Notes under the pieces: model-generated | The model's input: the letters and a program-made list of their open reading frames with translations, nothing else | Databases searched by the model: none | What the model was told of the DNA's origin: nothing | Origin: Balanoglossus misakiensis | Lineage: Eukaryota > Animalia > Hemichordata | Length of the DNA stretch: 64,000 nucleotides | Reading direction: 5' to 3' | NCBI GenBank assembly: GCA_040954595.2 | Contig: CM082583.2 | Coordinates: 12,934,987 to 12,998,986, forward strand | Translations under genes and position numbers: made by a program | Part shown: piece after piece, positions 49,328 through 58,748 of the stretch | Position numbering within the stretch: position 1 is the stretch's first letter | Layout of the letters: every line of letters starts with the position of its first letter

Positions 49328-52249
49328 TTACAGACTGCTCACCTGTGGACTGTGAAGCATTGCCACTTTGGTCGAGTTTTCACAGCTGTTATTTTTGTCA
49401 TCATCTGAGAGGTGATACTTCATCAGTTTCACATCGTCACTTTCTGACTTCGACAGATTTTCCGAATCCTCACCGTCTGGCGCAGTTCTAACTGCAGAAT
49501 CAGGGACACAATCTGGTGATCGGGAAAGTAAGGCATCATCTTTCACTTCCAAACTTCCAGGTTCTGTTTCTCTGGGTGGTAATTTAATATTTTCCACTTC
49601 TCTCCCTTTGTGCTCTGCTATGTGTACAGCAACATCTAGGGATGGCTGGACATGTATTGTATCCTCTGCCTCAAACTCTGAGCACAGAATGTCTTCTGAC
49701 CTAACGTGATCACCACATATGTCGTCCTGAGTCGGTTCCTCATGGACGATGACATTGTGATTGCCAATCTGCACATTGGCACCAGTAATGTAAAAGTGTT
49801 GAATGATGGGTGAGTGTTGATTCTCATAAGAGGTTCCTGGCCCTGCCCCTTGTTCCTTGTTTGGTGGCAGCAAATAACCAGTAGGAAAACTTGATTTGAA
49901 GTCTTCCTCAGCCAATGACTTTTCCTTTCTTTGGTTGGGATTATCTTCCTTGCCTTTGTCACTACCGGCACACGATTCACCTGACTGTTGATCTTTCTTT
50001 CCAACTTCTCTTTTTGTGGATGGAGAAACTGTAGCAAGAGATCTTCCAGTCTCCACGGTCTGAGAATCACCCAAGTCTCCACTTTTCTTGTGGCCACCAG
50101 ACTTTGATAAATCCCCTTGTTTGGACTCTGTTTTTCCTCCAACCATTCTCAGAAGCTCTTTCAGCATATCAGCAGCTTTTTCTCTTTCATCTGGGTCTGC
50201 AAGCAGTGTTCCAATGTCAGTCTCTGCTGTCATTCTCTCTTTACTCTGTGATTGTTCGTCTCTTTCAGGAGACGTGTCAAAGGTTATACCACGACCCAGT
50301 GCACCTTGACCTTTATCTTCAAACGATGCTGATGATTGACTTGTTGGTTTACCACTGTCGACAACCTGCGACAGATGTTCTAGCTTTCCTTTCTCTTGCT
50401 CAAGATCCTTCAGTTTTGCTGATTCTCTCGCTGCTTGTCCAGTACCTACGGGTGATTGAGTGACTAACTTGATGGCTTCTCTAAAAACAATGCCAGGCAG
50501 TGAAGTGTCAAGGTTTGGTGCTGTTGTTTTGCCAGAATCAGACAAAAGCTTTAACAGCCCTGCCAGCGCTTCAGCTGTCATGGCAACAGGTGCTGTTCCC
50601 ACTTGCTGTTGTTGGTCATCAGGCTGGGAACCACTATTAGTTTTGTCTTTTGCTGTTTCATCACCATCACTTAGAGAAGACACCTTCATCTTCAAATCCA
50701 ATTCATCAATGTCTGCTTCTGCTTCCGTCAACTTCTTAGTGATTTCATCCTCGGCCTGATTTTCAAGTTCTGTTTTTCCTTCATCTTTCTTGCCTGTTTC
50801 ATTATTCTTGCCCAACTTCACTTCTTCACTCTGACCCACTTGTTCGGAATCGCTTTTGCTGCCACTGTTCACACCTTCGACTTTTAAATCATCTACCTTT
50901 TCTGTGCTGCTGTCAATGTTTGTATCTTTGTCTTTGAAATCATCAACTTGTCCTGCATGGCTGTTGCTTCCACTGTTTGCTCCTTTGACTTTTAATTCAT
51001 TCACTTTTTCTGTGTTGCTGTTCCTGACACTCTTTGTACTTTTCTTGACATTTAACTCGACCACATTTTCTTTTGATGTACTGGTATCTCCTCCTGAAAG
51101 AGCTTTCTGTTTGTTCTTACGTTTCGTTGCACTTTGCAATGCAACCGGTTGATCTGATTGACTGTTTTGCTGCACTTCAGCTGTACCTTGTCCTGTCCTT
51201 TTGAAATCTTTCTGATTCGGTCGACTTGTTTGGAGTTGTTCTGCTGTTTTTATTTTGTGTCTTTTGGTATTTGATTTTGAGTTGGTTTCTTTCGTATGCT
51301 TCTTTTGAATTTCCACACCTGTGTCAGGAACTGGATTTGTCTCGGAACCATGACCTCCCACAGTTTCACTCTCCAGTAAAGATTTCAACTCTTTCAGTCT
51401 TTTCTTCTGTCTTTCAAGATTCTTTTTCATTTCAATTTTCTCCTGGAGCCGCAAAATCTCTTGTTCCATTTCCAATTCCTTCAGCAATTGTCTTTCTTCT
51501 TGTTGCTTCTTTCTCCATTTTCCTTCTCTGCTCATCCTAAGATGTGGCGTCACAACTTTCAACAACGTTGACCGAAAATAACTACTTTCACATCCTATGT
51601 GCGATATACTCTTCAGTGCCAGTGGAATTTCCCTGTCATCTAACCCATCAACAATCGGGATGACAAAGTCTTGTTTTTCAGGATCTCCTAGTGAATCAAT
51701 CACACTGGTGTCCACACACTTCTGATGGAAATTGTTTCTCACTAAATCTTTGGACAGCCACACCAAAACGAATGAGCAACGATCAAAGGCATCCTGCAAG
51801 TTTTTGAAGATGGACTTTCCCCCTGGGAATTCATCAGGGAGACAAACTTTCAAATTCTGCTGTTCCAGGTCATTCTTTAGCAGTATCACCTTGTCTAGGT
51901 CCCTGTCACTGTAGAGAATCAGAGCATCATAAAACTCAACATATGTGCTACTACTGCTGCTGCACATTTCGTCTGAAAAATCATGTTGCATGATGTTGAT
52001 GACTTGTTCCCCGATCTGAGTATCTTCAGCCTGTGTAGGAAACAAAATGCTTTTAGAATTAGGCAAACTCTTGACAGGGTTCGCTTTCTTCTTGCCTTTG
52101 CCTTTCTTTCTGACTATCCCAGAACTCTCCTTTTCCTTAGTGGTCAAACTGACTGTGGTCTTTCCGGCCGGTGCTGGGTTGCTAGGATACGATGATGAGA
52201 GCGGCTCTGCATCTTCTTGTTCTGATGTATTCCTTGCAAACTCAGCCAT
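49328..52249 (-). CDS. TRIF/TICAM-like adaptor A: TIR - coiled coil - disordered region - RHIM (973 aa, single ORF)
   Basis: TIR at ~51540-51937 (FYDALILYSDRD..PDEFPGGKSIFKNLQDAFDRCSFVLVWLSKDL..DFVIPIV..SSYF..REGKWRKKQQE) parallels TICAM1 as recalled (FYNFVILH..LQDAIDHSAFIILLLTSNF..CVIPF..RKAMWRKEQD). An E/K/L-rich coiled coil follows. RHIM PIIQHFYITGANVQIGNHNVIV is at ~49745-49810. Confidence 0.88.
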   Translation of the reverse strand: MAEFARNTSEQEDAEPLSSSYPSNPAPAGKTTVSLTTKEKESSGIVRKKGKGKKKANPVKSLPNSKSILFPTQAEDTQIGEQVINIMQHDFSDEMCSSSSSTYVEFYDALILYSDRDLDKVILLKNDLEQQNLKVCLPDEFPGGKSIFKNLQDAFDRCSFVLVWLSKDLVRNNFHQKCVDTSVIDSLGDPEKQDFVIPIVDGLDDREIPLALKSISHIGCESSYFRSTLLKVVTPHLRMSREGKWRKKQQEERQLLKELEMEQEILRLQEKIEMKKNLERQKKRLKELKSLLESETVGGHGSETNPVPDTGVEIQKKHTKETNSKSNTKRHKIKTAEQLQTSRPNQKDFKRTGQGTAEVQQNSQSDQPVALQSATKRKNKQKALSGGDTSTSKENVVELNVKKSTKSVRNSNTEKVNELKVKGANSGSNSHAGQVDDFKDKDTNIDSSTEKVDDLKVEGVNSGSKSDSEQVGQSEEVKLGKNNETGKKDEGKTELENQAEDEITKKLTEAEADIDELDLKMKVSSLSDGDETAKDKTNSGSQPDDQQQQVGTAPVAMTAEALAGLLKLLSDSGKTTAPNLDTSLPGIVFREAIKLVTQSPVGTGQAARESAKLKDLEQEKGKLEHLSQVVDSGKPTSQSSASFEDKGQGALGRGITFDTSPERDEQSQSKERMTAETDIGTLLADPDEREKAADMLKELLRMVGGKTESKQGDLSKSGGHKKSGDLGDSQTVETGRSLATVSPSTKREVGKKDQQSGESCAGSDKGKEDNPNQRKEKSLAEEDFKSSFPTGYLLPPNKEQGAGPGTSYENQHSPIIQHFYITGANVQIGNHNVIVHEEPTQDDICGDHVRSEDILCSEFEAEDTIHVQPSLDVAVHIAEHKGREVENIKLPPRETEPGSLEVKDDALLSRSPDCVPDSAVRTAPDGEDSENLSKSESDDVKLMKYHLSDDDKNNSCENSTKVAMLHSPQVSSL

Positions 52250-52553
52250 GATTTGACTTTTTGGGTGCCTCTTTTGTCGGTGTCAGCAACTGGACATTAA
52301 CCTTATTCAGACTTGCTGTTCCAACAGGAGGAACCTCCTTGGTTAGTAAAAAGACCATGGACGTCCATGGTAAGACTGTTATGAATTCGTCTGTTTTTCT
52401 CCAATCGTGATATTTCCTCACTAAAGTATCAACCTTTCCTTATCCTGTTCGTCTCTGGTCCAAAATGCAATGATATGATTTCTTTCTTGTTGCCAGTAAT
52501 ATGTTTTTGTCGGTGTCTGCGACGACAAACAGTCGAGTTATTTTTATCACAAA

Positions 52554-52798
52554 GGGGAATCCCCGGCGTTTACGTCACTTCCGAGTTTGTGTGATGACCT
52601 TAGGTCGTGCAGGTCAACTGTAAAATTGGTCAAAGCACAGTCCCTCTGTGGTCAAAGGTCCCACCGGGTCTGAATTCGCATTCTTTCTTGACATCTTATA
52701 GAACATGTGCGATTTTCGATGTTTTATTTGTCAGAGACAATGGGAAGAAAATTGTGTGTGAACCGGAAGCACATGGACTCCATGCCTGGGGGAATCCC
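52554..52798. promoter_or_regulatory. NF-kB-type sites plus an ETS-CRE composite upstream of TIR-RHIM gene A
   Basis: GGGGAATCCCC at 52554-52564 and GGGGGAATCCC at 52788-52798. TTACGTCACTTCCG (minus strand CGGAAGTGACGTAA) at 52570-52583 and CCGGAAG at 52763-52769. All lie 300-550 bp upstream of the ATG. Confidence 0.65.
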
Positions 52799-52927
52799 AG
52801 AGAATCGCAGCGCTAAGGAGTGATTGAAAATACATGTACATTACATCCCATTCATGGAACTACATGTATTGCCCCACAGAGGAAGGCATATGACTGCATT
52901 GGTCTATATTCACATTATAAAAAAAAT

Positions 52928-53049
52928 CATTACATGCCCTAATGTGAAATTTACAGCATTAGTTGCTGCATTTGATAAGGTCACATGACATTACATGCCC
53001 TAATGTGAAATTTACAGCATTAGTTGCTGCATTTGATAAGGTCACATGA
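52928..53049. repeat. Perfect 61-bp tandem duplication
   Basis: cattacatgccctaatgtgaaatttacagcattagttgctgcatttgataaggtcacatga occurs at 52928-52988 and again at 52989-53049. Confidence 0.95.
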
Positions 53050-54093
53050 TTTCAGATGAAATAGTTCTGGTCTTAGTAAAGTTTAATTAGATGGTTGCTT
53101 AGGAAACCACTTTGTACATTATGGTTCCCTATATGCTGTAACCCTCATGGCCAGTCAGTGCTGTTCACTGTTACGGTTAATCCTCATTCTTGAGTTGCAT
53201 TCATTTTTATTAACATTCCAGCTTTAATATGTACAGATGATCATGCTTTGTGTGAATACATGAAACTGTATATTTCTCTTCATGTAAATGAATCATTTTA
53301 ATTAATTTGACAAGTCTAGAACACCATGGATTGTCATGCTCCACCGTAGGAAATGTTTCATGAAGTGCTAATTTGAAAATAAAATGGTCATAAAATGATT
53401 ACCATGTTATGCATCAAAATTTGTTCCATCCTACAGACAGTTACATGACTGACAATGAAATGCAGCCAGTGTATACATGTTCCTGAAAGCCTCTACACAG
53501 AGTTCTATTTTGATGAAAGCAGATGGAGATACTAATATACACATACATTTTTCTCTACTTCAGATAATATCTGAAAAGCTAAGCTTTACATGTAAATGAT
53601 GCCCCTATATTGTTTTTTTTTACACCTTTGATATTAAGTCTCATTTTTTAAAAAAACATCGGATGTAAAGTGTCCACACTGAGACAAGAAATTATAAAAC
53701 AATCGAAGTTTGACATTTCCGCTTTGCAGTAAGCAAGTTAGAGTGCGCTGCACTTTTAACAGCAATTTTGTTTTTCACAAAATTTCAGATTTTTTGATTA
53801 TTTGTTTATCATATCACTACACGTTAATGCCATTATTAAAAAATTTACAAATTTATCTACAATGGTGGCCGGCTAAATTGCTGAAACAATATTCTCTGGT
53901 ATGTTGTACTGATTTCTTTCAGTCTCTAAACTTCTTTTCCTCCCGCAGCTGTGCAAGTAGTCCATAGATGGCTGACCACTGGTGCTGTTTAGGTCTTTTG
54001 CTTAAAACTCGCAGTCCCTCAAAGGAGTGATTTGCTTGTGTCTGTAGATGTCATCATCAATTACCAGCACTGTGTCCTTGCTGTTAGAAAATG

Positions 54094-57000
54094 TCACATC
54101 TGAATCACTGGATGGTGCATTCTTTGGATGTTTTCTTGTTGCAATCTTTGCGCTTTTTCTCGTCTGTCACTGAAATGAAACACAGGGTAGGGATTTACCA
54201 GCCAATGGATTTGGTTAATTTGTGGATCTTTATATTCTTAAATACAAGTGAGAATTAGGAAACTTGCTTTGAACTGACCACTCACCTAAAGCTGGACTGC
54301 TCCTTGAAGAGCGTACAACTTGAGGGGAACGTCTTCCAGTTGAATCAGTCACCACTTCACCAGGAAGACGGTTGCTTCTCTGTTGTTTTTGTGCATCTTC
54401 TCTCTTACTGACCTGGAAAATATTGTTGAGAGAAAATATTTTTATTATGTTCTATGTTATTGTCTTTCCTTGATTTTCTAGTGTTTTACCCAAATTAAAG
54501 GGTATCAGCCAATACCCTGTAATTGTTCTGGGGAGACATTACAGCATTTTGTGGATAACTCTATATAAGCCTACCTGAACTTCTGTTTTCTTCTCCTTGA
54601 ATTTGTCTTTGGTTCCTGCACCTTTCTCCTCCCCAGGGTCAGTCTTTGTGTACAGCTTCATGACTTTAGTTTCCCCTTCTCCTGGTTCATATTCCACATC
54701 TCCACTTTCCAAATCTGGTGGCGCTTGATACAACTCATCGTGGTACGTCGCACCAGATCTAGTGCCAGCTCCACTTGGAGAACCGTCATGCTGAACAGAC
54801 CTGAGGCTGCGTGGACTCTTTGGTGACGTTTCTGGCAGACTCCCTTCAGGATTCACCCTTGAGGGAGTTGGGGAATTTGTCGAAGGGCCAGTCGCTTCAT
54901 TGCTGCCCGTTGCAGAAGGGGATGGAACAAACTCGATTTCAGGAACAGAATCATCCCCACCTTCATGCCGCTGATACTGCTGCTGCTGCTGGTGCAAACC
55001 TCTCACCACGTTCCCTTGTCCAATCTGCACCACGTTTGCCCCAGTAATGTAGTAGTGTTGAATGATGGGTTGGTTTTGACTCTCTGCAGACTGGCGGTTT
55101 TGATTGTGAACCAGAGCTTGTCCTCCCTTCAGTTCTTGTTGTTGGTTGCCATGTTCAAGATCATGTTCTTCCTTATTTATACATCTGCTAGTACCTTTTT
55201 TGCTGACCCCTTTCATCATCGGCTGTCTTGCCTGACCAGGCATTTCTTCGTTTACTTTTGATCTTTGCATTTTTTCCAACTGCTTCAATCTCTGCTCCTT
55301 CGCTTCCAACTCTTTTTTCAGCTGTAAAAGCCTCTCTTCTTCCTTCACGTCTCTCTTGGAATATTCCTGGCGTTCGTGTTTGCGGAACTGCCTCAGGGCT
55401 TTCTCTTCCTCCAGCGTTTTTCGCTTTGCATCAGCTGCATACTGTTTCCTCAGTTTGTCATCATCGCTGATTGGCTGCACCGCTGTCCCACCAATATTTT
55501 CAACGCCTCTTGCCAATCGCTGATCCTTCTTCCGTCTCTCTTCTTTCGCCAGGAGCTTCTCTCGTTTTGCTCTCTTCAACATCTCTTTTTCCGCGTCCCT
55601 CCTCTCCTGCTGCTCATACTCCCTGGCCGCTCGCTTGTCGGTGGCAACGGTCTTCTGCAGCTGCTTCTTGTAGTATCGGTTGCTAGGCCTCAGACAGGAC
55701 AGGCTCTTCAGCTCGCTGGGCATCTGCTTCTCTTCCACGCCGAAGGCGACCGGCACAACGTAGTCATGCTTCTCTGGGTCATCCAGCGACTCCACTAGAC
55801 TTGTGTGGATGTTCTTCTCACACCACTTGTCCTGCAAGAAATTCTCTGTCAGCACCACCACCACAAAGGAACTGTAGTTGAGAGCGTCAGCCACATTCCT
55901 GAAGACCGATTTCCCTCCAGTGAAGTCTTCTTGAAGGAGCACTTTGCGGTCCCAACCTTCCAACAGCTCAGTTAGATCGTTGACTTTATCCTTATCTAGC
56001 TTGCTGCCGAGTATGAAAGCATCGTAATATTCTACTGGTTTCGATAGGCTGTACAATTCCTTAGGAGACAATTCAACGTCTTCAAGACTGAGTGAATCCA
56101 TAGTAATACACTGCATGTCATCTACCAGACTGGGAACAGCATCTTTCTCATAATCAGTGTACGACGACGACTGCGATGGTGTTCCACTTTCTTGTCTGGT
56201 CTCAAGGGATGAAACAGTCTCTGGAGGGTTAGATTCTTTTTCTGTGTCTGTTTGCCTTTCAAGTGGAACAGCATCTTGTTCGTCGGATCCACCCATGCCG
56301 GAGAGATAACTGGACTGCTCTTGTAGGAATGTATGATCACTTTGGTTCTGTAAACTAGATATACTAGTAGCCACTACAATTCCTGAATCTGTGTCGTTGG
56401 GTTGCACTGGTACACCCAGGTCCTCAGATGTGCTTGGTATGTCTTCTTGCCTATCCGCATTCTGCACATCGCGGTTCAACTCGTCTGCTTCTTGGTCCGG
56501 GGTTTCTGAGAACACCGGCTGGTGCGTGTCCTGCATTGCCATGTCTTTCACTTTGGCATGTTGGTACTCATCATAGGAAGGGGCTGCATCAGTGACGACA
56601 TCCGACGACAAAAGACTTGGACTAGAAGATGAACTTGGAATCCTGCTTGAGTCATCGCACTCCGGGTTTTCTTCAAGCTCAATTATCGCTTCAATACTCT
56701 CCACCTCTAAGCCACTGGCCAGTCTTGCAGCCTTGCGAAAACATCTCTGCGCATTCTTTAACTCCTTTGCCACAACAGAATTTGAAATCAATTTTGTCCA
56801 GTTTTGTCTCCTGTTTATTAGAATTCCTAAAAAGAGCCAAGATAAAGCACCAACGCAGTTGTCTTCTCTCACGTCATGAAAAAGCTGAACAGACTCCTTG
56901 AAGTACTCCCGTTCTTTGTTTTCTGGAAACTCGAACTGAATGAGGTCTTTGACAATTATGAAGAGATAACAGCAATAGGCCAGTTCAAAGGTCCATTGCG

Positions 57001-57514
57001 AGAGATCCTGGAGTTGGGCTTTCTTTCCGATGCTAATTGCCTGTCGGTAACTCTCCAGGCCCAAGTCTACACTGAAGACACCTTGGCAAAGATAGCAACA
57101 AGCAACATTCAGTTCAAACACAGCACGTGCTTGACAACATAAGCACATAGCCTCCTTCGCTTTGTCAGAAGTCTCACCAACAACTTTCAAACAGTGCAAA
57201 ATGTCCTTCTGTTTATCTTGACACTGGTCTCCATAAATGTGAGCCAAGTTCAGCAAAGCATTTATGTTCTCTGAGTCAGACTTCAGAATGTCTTCAAAGA
57301 TTTCCACCGCTTCCTTGGTGCGTCCTTGAAGATAGGTCAGAACGCCTTTCAAGTGTGCCACAGCATTTCTCTTCAAAACCACAATCTTGGTTTCTGGTTC
57401 GGCTTCATTCTTCTGCAACCTGGAAAGTAATTCCTCACGTTGATCTTTGGTAAATCGGTGTATGGCTGCCAACTGTGGACATTCAAAATGCCCCAGGCCA
57501 GTAATAAACTCCAT
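54094..57514 (-). CDS. TRIF/TICAM-like adaptor B: TTC22/IFIT-like TPR - linker - TIR - coiled coil - RHIM
   Basis: Main exon 57514-54575 (980 codons, donor CAG|GTAGGC), with probable extra exons 54412-54286 and 54169-54094. N-terminus GHF..RNAVAHLKGVLTYLQG..EAVEIFEDILKSDSENINALLNLAHIY is TPR-like. TIR YYDAFILGS..EDFTGGKSVFRNVADALNYSSFVVVVLTENFLQDKWC..DYVVPV is at ~55620-56030. RHIM PIIQHYYITGANVVQIGQGNVV is at ~55004-55069. The last two exons are less certain. Confidence 0.88.
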
Positions 57515-57806
57515 GACTCAGCCTGTGTCATCTGTAATTGAGATAATTGCAGTCTTATTTGTAATTTTAGAAATAATGTTTGCAGTTTCAGAGGCATGTT
57601 CGTGTTGTGCTTGACCTTATCTATGGTAATTTACATGACAGCCGACGCCTCATATAATAATAATAATAGTCTTCGAACCAGCTCGCAAAATATGATCTCG
57701 TGTCACAAAAAGTACATTTGGGCACGGGCTCTCCTCGGGAGACCGTGATTTGGGTTCCATGACTTTTACATAATGCCTATGGGTAAACATCTCACAGGGA
57801 GTCTTT

Positions 57807-57816
57807 GGGAAAACCC
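57807..57816. promoter_or_regulatory. kB-like site upstream of TIR-RHIM gene B
   Basis: GGGAAAACCC (GGGTTTTCCC on the gene strand), ~290 bp upstream of the ATG at 57514. Confidence 0.4.
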
Positions 57817-58748
57817 ACACACGTACACACAACACGCACATCCCACACACACCAGACATCAGACAAGTCCGGAGTCCACCGTCTCGTCCACGGAAATATG
57901 CTACTTGCAATTGCACTAGTATAGGAAGACCCAACTGCGCACTTCTTTCCTTTAACCAGATAACGGCAGTAATAAAACTGTGGATTCATTCACGGTTTTC
58001 GATGACGTTACCTCAGAACGGTGTACATGTATGACATGTGTGATTAATTTATGGACAACTTACTTCCTGGATCGCGGTCGGTGATACGTTGCGACAGTCT
58101 GTTGTCGCTTGACCATCCGAGCCGCAACGAAGACGCACTGAGACTTGCAAGGAAGTTAGGGGGATTTGTGAATAATATTTTAACTACATACCTATGTTGC
58201 TTCAGTGTCAAGAAAACGGAGGAGATCCATTACCAGCAGTTGAAATATGCACAACATCAAACACGCAAAACTCAGAAGTGGTCGTTCTCTCAATGTGGGC
58301 TTAAGAGGGCGTTTTATATGAACTTTGAACTTTGGCCTGAGTTGAACTCATTTCAACATACATGTACCCCAATAAAAATTAAAATAAATCATACAATAAA
58401 CCTGTTTGTCTATATATCATTTATTTTTCTTGAAGGGCATATTCCTAATAGGAAAAAGAAACGGATACTGAGATCAGTATATATATGTAGACACAAAGCC
58501 GCCACCTCTTTTGATATAAAATGATATAAAATTTGTGCCGTAAAGAATACTTTTCTCCTCCTGAGCACTGGTCCTGCATCGATTTTCGATGGTGACGTCA
58601 GAAGAGACGATTATTATGGGTTCGAATAGTTCGAATATTCTCTCATTTGATTGTACACATTGCAGCAGGGGTGATGGAACGTCGCAGAACTCTATTTCCA
58701 CCATGTAAAACATACGGACTTCTTTTCGTTTGAACAAAAACTACCAAA

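Noticed and set aside
58051-58524. 157-aa plus-strand ORF
   Set aside because: Composition looks like translated AT-rich non-coding DNA and there is no motif. It lies in the presumed promoter region.
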